From an uncultured delta proteobacterium (GTDB taxonomy: Bacteria; Myxococcota; Myxococcia; Myxococcales; Anaeromyxobacteraceae), in NCBI GenBank assembly GCA_963766715.1, contig CAVYBH010000008.1, positions 704,001 to 768,000 of the forward strand: a stretch of DNA of 64,000 nt, written 5' to 3'. Made by a program: the position numbers and the translations under genes. Shown here piece by piece: positions 47,381 through 57,313 of this stretch (within the stretch, counting starts at the first letter, position 1; each line of letters opens with the position of its first letter). Under the pieces are notes generated by a model that saw nothing but the letters and a program-made list of their open reading frames with translations, was not told the origin of the DNA and did not search any database.

Positions 47381-49511
47381 TTGCGGCTCCCGAATCCCGC
47401 CGGGAGCACCATCCCCAGGTTCTTGAGCGTGAAGGCGAACTCGTCGCTCACCTCGTCGATGGCCTTCTGGGTGGGCTTGCCGGCCGAGTGGCCGGCGCGG
47501 GTCTCGATGCGGGCCAGCACCGGCTTCGGCCCGGCCTGGTCGGCCTGGAGCTGCGCGATGAACTTGAACGAGTGGGCCGGGACCACCCGGTCGTCGTGGT
47601 CGGCGGTGGTGACGAGCGTGGCCGGGTAGGCCGTGCCGGGCCGCAGCGCGTGGAGCGGGCTGTACTTGTAGAGGACGTCGAAGCCCTCCTTCGTCTCGGA
47701 CGAGCCGTAGTCGCTCTTCCACGCCCAGCCGATGGTGAACTTGTGGAAGCGCAGCATGTCGAGCACGCCCACCTGCGGGATGGCCACCGCGGCGAGCGCC
47801 GGGCGCTGGGTCATGACCGCGCCCACCAGCAGGCCGCCGTTCGAGCCGCCGGCGATGGCCAGCCTCTCCGGGGAGGTCCACCCGTTCTTCTGCAGCCACT
47901 CCGCCGCGGCGATGAAGTCGTCGAAGACGTTCTGCTTGTTCTTCAGGCGCCCGGCGTCGTACCAGGCCTTGCCGTACTCGCTGCCGCCGCGCAGGTTGGC
48001 CACCGCGTAGACGCCTCCCATCTCCAGCCACACCGAGCGGGAGATGCTGAACCCGGGAAGCAGGGGGACGTTGAAGCCCCCGTATCCGTAGAGGAGCGTC
48101 GGGTTCTTCCCGTCGAGGACCACGCCCTTCCGGTGGAGCAGGAACATGGGCACGCGGGTCCCGTCCTTCGACGGGTAGAAGACCTGCGTCACCTCGTAGG
48201 CCGAGCCGTCGAAGTCCACCTTGGGCTTGCGGAAGACCGTCGACACGAGCGACGGCAGCTCCAGCCGGTAGATGGTGGCCGGGGCCAGGAAGCCGGTGAA
48301 GGTGAAGAAGGTCTCCTTGTCGGTGCGGGTGCCGCCGAAGCCGGACGCGGTGCCGATGCCGGGCAGCGGCAGGTCGGCGATCTTCTTGCCGGCCAGGTCG
48401 TGGACCTCGACCGCGCTCTTCACGTCGCGCATCCAGACCGCGAAGAGCCGGCTGCCCACCGACGAGACCGACCGGAGCACGTCCTGGCCCTTCCCCTCGG
48501 GGATGATCTCCTTCCAGTCCTTCTCCTCGGGCTTCGCGAGCGACACGGCGATCACGCGCTTTCGCGGCGCGCCCTTGTCGGTGAGGAACAGGAAGGAGTC
48601 GCCCGTGACGTCGACGAAGTCGTAGGCGGCGTCCATCTTCGCGAGGAGCGGCTCGGGCCTCGAGCCCGGCCTTCGAGAGGTCCTGCACGAAGACCGCGCG
48701 CTCCGGGTTCGTGCCCTTGCGCGCCTCGATGACGAGCCAGCGCCCGTCGTCGCTCACGTCGGCGCCGAAGCCCCACTCCGGCTGGTCGGGCCGCTCGTAG
48801 ACGAGCAGGTCCTTCTCCTGGGCGGTCCCCAGCGCGTGGTACCAGACCTGCTGGTTCACGTTCAGTGCCGTGAGCTTCTCGCCTTCCTTGGGGGCCGGGT
48901 AGCGCTCGTAGTAGAAGCCCTTGCCGTCCTTGGAGAAGGAGGCCCCGCTGAACTTGGACCAGCGCAGCTCGTCGGGGAGGTCCTTGCCGGTCTCGACGTC
49001 GCGGACCTTCCAGATCTGCCAGTCGGAGCCCGCGTCGGCGATGGCGTAGGCCAGCCACCGGCCGTCGTCGGAGAAGCCCGTGCCGCCGACGGCCACCGTG
49101 CCGTCCTTGGAGAGCGTGTTCGGGTCGAGCAGCACGCGCCCCTCCTTGGCCGGATCGTCGGTGACGTACAGGACCGACTGGGGCTGGAGGCCGGAGTTGC
49201 GCCAGTAGAAGTACCGGGCGCCGTGGACGCTGGCCTGCGCGAACTTCTCGAAGTTCCAGACCTGGGTCAGCCGGTCGCGGATGGCGGCGCGCTCGGGGAT
49301 CCTGGCGAGATAGGCGTTCGTGACCGCGTTCTCGGCCTGGACCCAGAGCTTGGTGTCCTCGGCGTTGTCGTCCTCGAGCCACCGGTAGGGGTCCTTCACC
49401 TTCGTGCCGAAGTAGTCGTCGACCACGTCGATCCGCTTGGTGGACGGGTAGGTCAGGCTGCCCGGGGCCGGGGCGGCCGCGAGGGTCGAGGGCGAGGAGT
49501 TCTGCGAGCAC
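47377..49511 (-). CDS. Prolyl oligopeptidase (S9A) (frameshifts ~49490 and ~48660)
   Basis: DPYRWLE, YGYGGF, GGSNGG, DHDDRV, AGH triad motifs; GGAGG RBS before GTG 49511. Confidence 0.93.
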
Positions 49512-49573
49512 GTGTTCCTCCAGGTGAGCGGGGCGAGGCGGGCGAAATCCTAGTCCAAAGCCGGTCGTCGTGC

Positions 49574-49602
49574 TTGACGAGGCGGGGGGCCGGACGCACG
49601 TT
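49574..49602 (+). promoter_or_regulatory. sigma70-like promoter TTGACG-N17-CACGTT, 7 nt before the GTG start (leaderless)
   Basis: Motif and spacing read directly from the sequence. Confidence 0.5.
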
Positions 49603-49609
49603 CGATCCC

Positions 49610-49876
49610 GTGCTCCGGGACGACTACCTGATGCGGATGGTCCGGCAACTGGCCGAGGCCCTGGCCCGCATCGCCGGGCTCCGGAACGCCGGGCTCCTCG
49701 ACCAGGCCGAGCGGGAGCTGGACGGGGCGCTGGCCTCCCTGGGCGGGATCGATCCGCGCCTCGCCGCCCAGGCCGACGCGGCCACGCTGCTCTCGCTGGT
49801 CCAGGACCCGGCCCGCCGGGACGCGCTGGCCCGCCTCCTGGCGGAGCGGGACGCGATCCGGGCCGCCCGCGGCTGA
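49610..49876 (+). CDS. Small helical hypothetical protein (DUF6483-like N-terminus)
   Basis: RDDYLMRMVRQLAEALARI motif. Confidence 0.6.
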   Translation: MLRDDYLMRMVRQLAEALARIAGLRNAGLLDQAERELDGALASLGGIDPRLAAQADAATLLSLVQDPARRDALARLLAERDAIRAARG

Positions 49877-49877
49877 T

Positions 49878-50714
49878 TCACCCCGCGCGCAGGGCGCGGT
49901 CGATGCCCTCCAGCGCCTCGAGCGCACCCTGCGGGAGCCCCAGGTGCGGCGGCCGGATGTCCGCCTCGCGCGGGTTCACCCGGACCACGAGCGAGTCGGG
50001 CGCCCTCCCCAGCCGCTCCGAGATCCAGCGGATGGTGGCCACCGCGGTCCCGGCGCCGATCTCCAGGACCACCACCCGCTCCGCGCCGTGCTCGTCGAGG
50101 AAGGCCTGGAACCGCCTTCCCTGCAGGGCGGATCGGTCCGGCACCCAGGCCCCGTCGCCGAACATGAGGATGTTCGGACGGGCCACCCGGCGGCAGTGCC
50201 GGCAGGCGGGGATCCGGCCGGCCCGCATGGTGTCCGGGTCCACCGGCACGTCCTCCCGGCACTCCCACACGTCGTCGCAGCAGGGCGCCGTGCACTGGAG
50301 GTGATGGATGGAGCCGTGCACCTCGTGGACCCGGTCCGCCGGCCAGCCCGCCTTCTGGAACTGCCCGTCCACGTTGGAGGTGACGGCGAACCCGGGCAGG
50401 GAGAGCCTCGCCAGCCAGTCCCGGAGGATGCGGTACCCGTCGTGCGGGACGGTCTCCCGGTAGAGGTGCAGCCGGTGGCCGTAGAACCCCCACCCGAAGG
50501 CCGGGTCCTCGTCGAAGCGGTCGGGGTTGGCGGCGTCCACGAAGGAGAGGCCGATCCGCTCGTAGGCCGGGTAGGCCTTCCAGAACCCCTGGTCGCCGCG
50601 GAAGTCGGGGAGGCCGGAGTCGATGCCCATCCCGGCCCCGGTGGCGACGACGAGCGCGCTCGCCTCCCGGAGGGCGCGCGCGACCGCGGCGTGGATGGGC
50701 TGGTGGGCGTCCAT
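49878..50714 (-). CDS. Sir2-family NAD-dependent deacylase
   Basis: GAGMGIDSGLPDFRG, SNVDG, HGS, Zn-binding Cys pairs, RPNILMFGD. Confidence 0.92.
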   Translation of the reverse strand: MDAHQPIHAAVARALREASALVVATGAGMGIDSGLPDFRGDQGFWKAYPAYERIGLSFVDAANPDRFDEDPAFGWGFYGHRLHLYRETVPHDGYRILRDWLARLSLPGFAVTSNVDGQFQKAGWPADRVHEVHGSIHHLQCTAPCCDDVWECREDVPVDPDTMRAGRIPACRHCRRVARPNILMFGDGAWVPDRSALQGRRFQAFLDEHGAERVVVLEIGAGTAVATIRWISERLGRAPDSLVVRVNPREADIRPPHLGLPQGALEALEGIDRALRAG

Positions 50715-50838
50715 CGTCCGGGCAAGCAGAGCATTCCGGGGGGCGCCTGTCGACGGGGGGCGACGCCGGGGCAACTTCGCTGGCAAACAGGGCGTCCCCA
50801 TGCAATATCCGGCGCCTAACCCAGGCTCGGAGAAGACC

Positions 50839-51324
50839 TTGAAGATCGCGAACGGTTCGGTGGTGGCCCTCGACTACAAGCTGCACCTCGGCGACGGCGA
50901 AGTCATCGACGAGTCGGATGCCGGCAGCCCCCTCTACTTCATCCAGGGCGAGGGCAACATCGTGCCCGGCCTCGAGCGCGAGCTCGAGGGGCTCGAGGTG
51001 GGCGCCACCAAGCAGGTGGTGGTCCAGCCGGAGGACGGCTACGGCGCGCACGATCCGCAGGGCGTCCAGGAGGTCCCCAAGGAGGCCTTCGGCGGCGAGC
51101 TGCCCGAGGTGGGCCACCAGTACACCGCCCGTGGACCGAACGGCGAGACCGTTCCCTTCGTGGTGAAGGAGATCCGCCCGGAGGTGGTGGTGGTCGACCT
51201 GAACCACCCGCTGGCCGGCCGCACCCTCCACTTCGCGGTGACCATCCAGGAGATCCGCGACGCCACCGCCGAGGAGAAGGAGCACGGCCACGTGCACGCG
51301 CCGGGTGGCCATCACCACCACTGA
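50839..51324 (+). CDS. slyD: FKBP-type peptidyl-prolyl isomerase SlyD
   Basis: IVPGLE, PEDGYG, DLNHPLAG, His-rich tail; TTG start with GGAG. Confidence 0.93.
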   Translation: MKIANGSVVALDYKLHLGDGEVIDESDAGSPLYFIQGEGNIVPGLERELEGLEVGATKQVVVQPEDGYGAHDPQGVQEVPKEAFGGELPEVGHQYTARGPNGETVPFVVKEIRPEVVVVDLNHPLAGRTLHFAVTIQEIRDATAEEKEHGHVHAPGGHHHH

Positions 51325-51397
51325 CGGGCTGGATCGGGGCCCGCGCCCCGATCGAGCCGGCGCCGTCGCGCGGCGGCGGGATAGAAGGAAGGTACCG

Positions 51398-51940
51398 ATG
51401 ACCCACGCTCGCCTGATCGCCGCGCTCCCCCTCCTGGCCGTCCTCTCCGCGCCGGTCCGCTCTGCCGCCGACGACGCCTCCGACGCCGTGAAGCGGGCCG
51501 AGGAGGCCGTCGCCCTCTTCAAGAAGACCGACCCGTCCATCGACAAGTTCCTCGAGACGTCGGCCGGGTGGGCCGTCTTCCCCTCGGTGGCCAAGGGCGC
51601 CTTCATCGTGGGCGGCGCGGGCGGGAAGGGCGTCCTCTTCGAGAAGGGCAAGGCGGTCGGCACCACCTCGCTCGTCCAGGTCACCATCGGGCTCGCGCTC
51701 GGCGGCCAGGAGTACGCCGAGATCATCTTCTTCGAGAACGCGCTCGCGCTCTCGAGCTTCCGCGGCGGGAACTTCGCGCTCGCCGCACAGGTGAGCGCGG
51801 TGGCCGCTGCCTCCGGCGCGGCCGCCACCGCCAAGTACCAGCAGGGCGTGGCGGTCTTCACCGTGGCCATCGGCGGCCTCATGTACGAGGCGAGCGTGGG
51901 CGGCCAGAAGTTCGAGTTCAAGCCCTTCGAGACGAAGTAG
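51398..51940 (+). CDS. Exported SYLF/Ysc84 lipid-binding domain protein
   Basis: VFPSVAKGAFIVGGAGGKG, GLMYEASVGGQKF. Confidence 0.85.
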   Translation: MTHARLIAALPLLAVLSAPVRSAADDASDAVKRAEEAVALFKKTDPSIDKFLETSAGWAVFPSVAKGAFIVGGAGGKGVLFEKGKAVGTTSLVQVTIGLALGGQEYAEIIFFENALALSSFRGGNFALAAQVSAVAAASGAAATAKYQQGVAVFTVAIGGLMYEASVGGQKFEFKPFETK

Positions 51941-53299
51941 TGCGGCGACGGGCATTCGCCGTCGTCACCGCTGCCGCGGTCCTGGCGGCCGCGTCGCCGG
52001 CGCGATCCGAGGACCCTCTCCTCGAGGCCGCCGCCGAGGCGTCGGTGGCCTGCACCTGCGACCAGGAGTGTGCGGAGCGGATCCACTACGGGAGCGTCTG
52101 CAAGGAGGGCCACTGCCAGCCCGTACGAGGACTCCTTCAGCCTCCTCGACTGGGTCGGTCTCGGCCGCGAGGCCCACGGGGTGCCCCCGCCCTACGTGCT
52201 GCTCCCGGCCCTCCTTCCGGCGGTCGGCTACAACCCGGCCATGGGGGCGCTCTTCGGCGTGACCGGGACGCTGGCCATGTACCTGGGGCCCGCGACCGAC
52301 ACCACCATCTCGAGCCTTCAGGCGGTGGCGCTCTACTCGACGATGGCCCAGCTCACCGTCCAGCTCTCCACCACCGTCATGTCGCCCGGCAACCAGTGGG
52401 AGCTGCAGGGAGACTGGCGGTTCCTCCTCTTCAACCAGAAGACCTACGGGCTCGGCACCGGGCCCACCGCCATGTCGGCCCCCGCCTCCGTGGACGACTT
52501 CGACCTCGTGCGCATCCACGAGACCGTCTACCGCAACGTCTGGAACGCGCTCTACGCCGGCGTCGGCTACCGGCTGGACCGCTACTACGCGGTCCAGGAC
52601 AAGGGAATGGACCTGACGGGCCCGGCGCCGGTGGTGGGCCCGAACTACGCCTACAGCCTGGCCTACGGGTTCGACCCCAACCAGTACACGGTGTCCGGGG
52701 TCACGCTCTCCGCCCTCTACGACAGCCGCGACTCGACCCTCGATCCATACCGGGGGTACTACGGGCTGGTCAATTTCACCATGAGTCCGACATGGCTCGG
52801 ATCGTCCAAGACCAGCAGCAGCCTGGAGGCGCAGTTCCGCGCCTACGTGCCCATGAACGTGAGCGTGCCGCGCGACGTGCTCGCCCTCTGGGTCTACTAC
52901 CGGGGCGTCACCTCCGGCGACGTCCCCTACCTGGCGCTCCCCTCCATCGGGTGGGACCAGAAGAACCGGACCGGGCGCGGCTACGTCCAGGGGCGGTGGC
53001 GGGGCACGCAGGAGCTCTACGCCGAGGCGGAGTGGCGCTTCCGGATCACGAACGACGGGCTGCTCGGGGGCGTGCTCTTCGCGAACGCGGAGTCCTTCGC
53101 GTCACCGGCCTTCCAGGCCAGCGGCCCGGGCTGGAGCTACACGAGCCCCAAGAGCGGGCTCCTCCAGTACGTGCGCCCCGCCGCCGGGTTCGGCCTGCGC
53201 TTCATGCTGAACCGCGACTCGCGCACCAACGTCACGCTCGACTTCGCGTTCGGCGAGAGCTCCTTCGGCGTCTGGTTCAACGCCGGCGAGTACTTCTAG
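51940..53299 (+). CDS. Omp85/BamA-family barrel-only outer-membrane protein with Cys-rich N-terminus (frameshift ~52120)
   Basis: YDSRD...P.RG, GRGYVQGRWRG (loop 6), GFGLRF, C-terminal GEYF. Confidence 0.78.
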
Positions 53300-53970
53300 G
53301 TCCCGCGCCGCTTCCCGCCGTAGCGCCCCTCCGCCGACGCCGTCGCGGCGTGGGAGGGCACGACGTAGGCCAGCACGAGCCGCAGGATGTGCTCCTCGAT
53401 CTTCCCGGACGAGACCAGCTCGGGCCGGTCGAGGATGGCGCGGTTCACCAGCCCCTCGACGGCGGCCACCAGCACGAAGGACGCGGTCTCCACGTCCTTC
53501 ACCTCGATCCGCTCCAGGTTCTCGCCGAGCCAGGCGGCCACCAGCTTCTCGTAGTTGGTGAAGAGCTCGTGGAGGCGCCGCAGCGCCCCGATGCGGGGGA
53601 CCTGCTCCACCAGCGCCCGGTGCAGGCGGGGCTCGGCCTGCTGCGCCGCCAGCATGGCCCGGATCATCTCGGTCGCCACGTCCTCGGCGGTGGCGGCGGT
53701 CCCGGCGTTCTGGAGCCGGGCGGCGATGTTCTCCTGCATGCGGGAGGCGTACTGCTCCATCACCGCGGCGACGAGCGCCTCCTTGCCGGGGAAGTACTGG
53801 TAGAGCGAGCCCACGCTCACCCCCGCCTCCTTGGCCACCCGGTTCGTGGAGAGGGCGTCGTAGCCGTCGCGGACGAGCACGCGCGCGGTGGCGGCCACGA
53901 TGCTGTCGACCGTGGCGCGGGAGCGCTGCTGTGCGGGAGCCTTGCGAGGCGTGGTTCGGATGCGAGCCAT
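53296..53970 (-). CDS. TetR-family transcriptional regulator
   Basis: RKAPAQQRSRATVD, AGVSVGSLYQYFP. Confidence 0.93.
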   Translation of the reverse strand: MARIRTTPRKAPAQQRSRATVDSIVAATARVLVRDGYDALSTNRVAKEAGVSVGSLYQYFPGKEALVAAVMEQYASRMQENIAARLQNAGTAATAEDVATEMIRAMLAAQQAEPRLHRALVEQVPRIGALRRLHELFTNYEKLVAAWLGENLERIEVKDVETASFVLVAAVEGLVNRAILDRPELVSSGKIEEHILRLVLAYVVPSHAATASAEGRYGGKRRGT

Positions 53971-53983
53971 CACTCGCATTCTA
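53960..53983 (-). promoter_or_regulatory. Inverted repeat ATGCGAG-N6-CTCGCAT over the TetR start, overlapping -10 TAGAAT
   Basis: Perfect 7-bp arms at 53960-53966 and 53973-53979; TAGAAT on the - strand at 53983-53978. Confidence 0.7.
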
Positions 53984-54018
53984 GCCGGGATGCGGGCCGA
54001 TGGATAGCCCGCCCGGCG

Positions 54019-55983
54019 TCAGAACTGGACCTGCGCCCCCATCTCGACGACGCGGTTGGGCGGGAGGCCGAAGAAGGCGCTGGCCGGGCTCGCGTTGCGC
54101 GCCAGGATGATGAAGAGCCGCTTGCGCCACCGCGGGATGCGGGACGGGCCGTCGGGGATGAGGGTCTCCCGGCCCAGGTAGTAGGTGGTGTCCATCACCG
54201 CGTTCTCGAGGCGAGGTCCGGGGATGGCGAACGGGGGGAGGGACGCGAGCAGGGCCGGGACGTTGGGCGTCTCCATGAAGCCGTAGCGCCCCACGATCTG
54301 GTGGATGCCGTTGCCCAGGCTCTTCACCGCGAGTCGCTCCTTCTCCGGCACGAACGGGACCTCCTCGGTGAGCACGGAGACGAGCAGCACCCGCTCGTGC
54401 AGCACCTTGTTGTGCTTGAGGTGGTGGAGCAGGACGCCAGGCGTCCCGGCGGGGTTGGAGGTCATGAAGACCGCCGTGCCGGGGATGCGGTGCGGGGGGT
54501 GCCGCTCCAGGTCCGGCAGGAAGAGGCCGAGCGGCAGGGAGGCGCCGGCCATCTGCTGGGCCATCGCCTCCCGCCCCTTCTTCCAGGTGGAGAGGAGCGC
54601 GAAGATGACGGCGCCCGCCGCCAGCGGGAACCAGCCTCCCTCCTCGATCTTGAAGAGGTTCGCCCCCAGGAAGGCGAGGTCCACCACCAGGAAGAGGAAG
54701 GTGAGCGGCCACACCGCCCAGCGGGACCAGCGCCAGCGGTCGCGGGCCACCCGGTGGAAGAGCAGCGTGGTGATGGTCATGGTGCCGGTGACGGCGATGC
54801 CGTAGGCGGCGGCCAGGTTGTCGGAGGAGCCGAACCCGAGCACGAGGGCGACCGTGGCGACGGCCAGCGCCCAGTTCACCTCGGGGATGTAGATCTGCCC
54901 GAATTCCGTGCTGGAGGTGTGCCGCACGGTGAGGCGGGGGGCGTAGCCGAGCTGGATCGCCTGGTTGGTGAGCGAGTAGGCGCCGGAGATGAGGGCCTGG
55001 GAGGCCACGATCGCCGCCGCCGTGGCGATGGCCACCATGGGCCAGAGCGCCCAGCCCGGCATGGCCCGGTAGAACGGGTTGGAGACGGCGGACGGATCCC
55101 GCAGGAGCAGCGAGCCCTGCCCCATGTAGTTGAGGAGGAGGGAGGGCATGGCCACCGTGAACCAGGCCAGCCGGATGGGGTGACGGCCGAAGTGGCCCAT
55201 GTCGGCGTAGAGCGCCTCGGCCCCGGTGAGGACGAGCACCACGCCGCCGAGCACGAAGAATCCCGATGGCCCGTTCCGCAGGAAGAAGGCGATGCCGTAG
55301 TGGGGCGAGAAGGCCCGCAGGACCGCCGGCTCCTTCCAGACGTTCCAGACGCCGATGACCGCGATGCAGGTGAACCAGAGCATCATCACCGGCCCGAAGA
55401 CCAGGCCCACGGTGGTGGTCCCGCGCTTCTGGATCGCGAAGAGCAGGACCAGGACGAGCACGGTGGCCGGGACCACGGCACGGTGCAGCCCCGGCGCCAC
55501 CACGATGAGGCCTTCCATGGCGCCGAGCACGCTGATGGCCGGCGTGATGACCCCGTCGCCGTAGAGGAGCGCCGCCCCGAAGAGGCCGAGCACGAGCAGG
55601 GTGCGCCGGCCGCGGTTGGTGGTCTCGGTCTGCCCGACGAGCGCCATGAGCGCCAGGATGCCGCCCTCGCCGCGGTTGTCGGCCCGCATGACGAAGGTGA
55701 GGTACTTGAAGGCGACCACGAAGATCATCGCCCAGACCACCAGCGAGAGGACGCCGATCACGTTCTCGGGGGTGGGGTCCACGCCGTGCTTGCCGCCGAA
55801 GCTCTCCTTGAAGGCGTAGAGCGGGCTCGTGCCGATGTCGCCGTACACGACCCCCAGCGCGCCGAGCGCGAGCGCCGCGGTCGCGGCCCGGCTCCTCCGG
55901 ATGGAGCCGTGGTGCCCGGTGTCGTGTGCGTTCCCGGAGGCGTGTCCGGCCGGGGTCGGTGTTGGGGGGTTCGCTTGGTTCAG
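54019..55983 (-). CDS. kup: KUP-family potassium transporter (start inferred at CTG 55983)
   Basis: LGVVYGDIGTSPLY, ADNRGEGG, YGDGVITPAISV, EALYADMGHF, GQIYIP, YGIAV, YGFME. Confidence 0.93.
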   Translation of the reverse strand: MNQANPPTPTPAGHASGNAHDTGHHGSIRRSRAATAALALGALGVVYGDIGTSPLYAFKESFGGKHGVDPTPENVIGVLSLVVWAMIFVVAFKYLTFVMRADNRGEGGILALMALVGQTETTNRGRRTLLVLGLFGAALLYGDGVITPAISVLGAMEGLIVVAPGLHRAVVPATVLVLVLLFAIQKRGTTTVGLVFGPVMMLWFTCIAVIGVWNVWKEPAVLRAFSPHYGIAFFLRNGPSGFFVLGGVVLVLTGAEALYADMGHFGRHPIRLAWFTVAMPSLLLNYMGQGSLLLRDPSAVSNPFYRAMPGWALWPMVAIATAAAIVASQALISGAYSLTNQAIQLGYAPRLTVRHTSSTEFGQIYIPEVNWALAVATVALVLGFGSSDNLAAAYGIAVTGTMTITTLLFHRVARDRWRWSRWAVWPLTFLFLVVDLAFLGANLFKIEEGGWFPLAAGAVIFALLSTWKKGREAMAQQMAGASLPLGLFLPDLERHPPHRIPGTAVFMTSNPAGTPGVLLHHLKHNKVLHERVLLVSVLTEEVPFVPEKERLAVKSLGNGIHQIVGRYGFMETPNVPALLASLPPFAIPGPRLENAVMDTTYYLGRETLIPDGPSRIPRWRKRLFIILARNASPASAFFGLPPNRVVEMGAQVQF

Positions 55984-56045
55984 GGGCGTGCCTCTGGTGG
56001 GCGGCCGACAGGGTTAGCCGATCCGCGGCCCGCGGTCGAGTGGTC

Positions 56046-56061
56046 TGCACCGCCCGTGCCA
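56046..56061 (-). promoter_or_regulatory. sigma54 (-24/-12) promoter TGGCACG-GGCG-GTGCA upstream of kup
   Basis: GG-N10-GC spacing; one mismatch to the TGGCACG-N4-TTGCW consensus. Confidence 0.72.
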
Positions 56062-56062
56062 G

Positions 56063-56119
56063 TCCTGCCCGCCTCCTGCCCGTCCGGGCCGCCCCTTTCC
56101 TGCCGGTTCCCGTCCTGGC
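56063..56119 (-). repeat. Four G(G/C)CAGGA direct repeats upstream of the sigma54 promoter
   Basis: + strand TCCTGCC at 56063, 56074, 56098 and TCCTGGC at 56113. Confidence 0.45.
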
Positions 56120-56153
56120 GGGGTCGCCTGTACCCGCCGGCGCCGATGCTGCC

Positions 56154-56837
56154 CTAGAAGCCGAAGCTCCCCTTCACGCCCAGTTGCAGCCAGCCGTGCA
56201 GCGCCTTGTTGGGGATGTTGCTGTCGCTCGTCTGCCCGTCGCGGCCCAGGGTGGCCCGGCTGAACTCGCCGATCGACCCGGAGACCCAGGGCCCCACCTT
56301 CCAGCCCGGCGCCACGACCACGTCGTAGCCGGCCTGGAGGTTCACGAACTCCCAGCCGGACACGTCGAGGTTGGTGGTGAAGGCCGCGCTGCTGTAGCGG
56401 GTGAAGAGCCACTCCCACCCGGTTCCGATCCCGAACCACGGCGTGTCGCCCGTCTCGTTCACCGAGTAGAGGGCCTGGACGCCCACGCGCAGCCCGGTGA
56501 GCCGGCAGCTCTCGCCCACCTGGCACTGGCCGATCTGGAGGACGTTCCAGCCGTACTGGACGTAGCCGCCCACGAACCAGTGGCCGGCGAGGGTCACGCC
56601 GGCGTCCACCTGCAGCGGGATGCTCAGCAGCACGAGCTCGTCGATGAGCAGCGGGCCGGTCGAGGGGTCGGTGGAGACGCTTCCCATGGGGAGCGCCGCC
56701 GAGATCCGGGCGCCCAGGGTGAACTGGAAGGGCGGGACCTCCGGTGCGGCGCGCGGCGCGGTCTCGTCGCCGGCGGCGGGACAGGCGAGCAGGGCGGCGA
56801 GGAGTGCGGCGACCAGGCGCCCGGCGGTGAACCCCAT
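56154..56837 (-). CDS. Small outer-membrane beta-barrel protein
   Basis: Signal peptide, amphipathic strands, C-terminal HGWLQLGVKGSFGF. Confidence 0.75.
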   Translation of the reverse strand: MGFTAGRLVAALLAALLACPAAGDETAPRAAPEVPPFQFTLGARISAALPMGSVSTDPSTGPLLIDELVLLSIPLQVDAGVTLAGHWFVGGYVQYGWNVLQIGQCQVGESCRLTGLRVGVQALYSVNETGDTPWFGIGTGWEWLFTRYSSAAFTTNLDVSGWEFVNLQAGYDVVVAPGWKVGPWVSGSIGEFSRATLGRDGQTSDSNIPNKALHGWLQLGVKGSFGF

Positions 56838-56881
56838 GACCCGAGGGTAGGACGCCGGCGGACTCCGGGCAAACGATCGTT

Positions 56882-57313
56882 TCAGCCCGGCCCGCAAAGG
56901 CGCCGGACCGCCTCGACCAGCTCGGCGGCCTCGATGGGCTTGAGCAGGCTGGCGTCCGTCCGCAGGCCGGGGGGCGCCTCGCTCCCCGTGCGGGACAGCG
57001 TCAGGAACGCGGACCCGCCTCCGCCGGCCTGGAGGGGCGCCAGGGAGGCCAGCTCGGCGGGCGTGGCCCCGTCCAGGTCGAGGACCACGAGGCGCGGGAC
57101 GCACCCCTGGCGCACCGTCTCGATCGCCTCGGCGGCGCAGGCCACCTCGACCACCGTGTAGGCGTTCTTCCGGAGCAGCCCGGTCACCTTGGCGGTGAAG
57201 CGGGCGTCGGCGTGGACGAGGAGCACGTCGATCGACGAGGACGGCACCCGCCGCTCCGGCGGGGGCGGCGTGATGCGTCCGAGGATCCCGTCCGGGCGCT
57301 CCGGGTCGGTCAC
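56882..57313 (-). CDS. Stand-alone atypical receiver-domain protein
   Basis: VLLVHAD, PRLVVLDL, LLKPIEAAELVEAV; GTG start overlaps the upstream stop. Confidence 0.7.
   Translation of the reverse strand: MTDPERPDGILGRITPPPPERRVPSSSIDVLLVHADARFTAKVTGLLRKNAYTVVEVACAAEAIETVRQGCVPRLVVLDLDGATPAELASLAPLQAGGGGSAFLTLSRTGSEAPPGLRTDASLLKPIEAAELVEAVRRLCGPG

Noticed and set aside
46418..49426. Apparent prolyl oligopeptidase-MBL hydrolase fusion (also TerC-channel, livH-M-G, YgiB-YgiC fusions in the ORF track)
   Set aside because: Produced by frameshifts. Each partner has its own start and stop once the indel is corrected.
49878..50714. Sir2 as an anti-phage defence effector (Thoeris/DSR type)
   Set aside because: It has the Zn-finger deacylase architecture and housekeeping neighbours, with no defence partners.
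55990..56153. Possible c-di-AMP (ydaO) or other riboswitch before kup
   Set aside because: No recognisable conserved aptamer motifs; the region is better explained by a sigma54 promoter with a short leader. An Rfam scan was not run.
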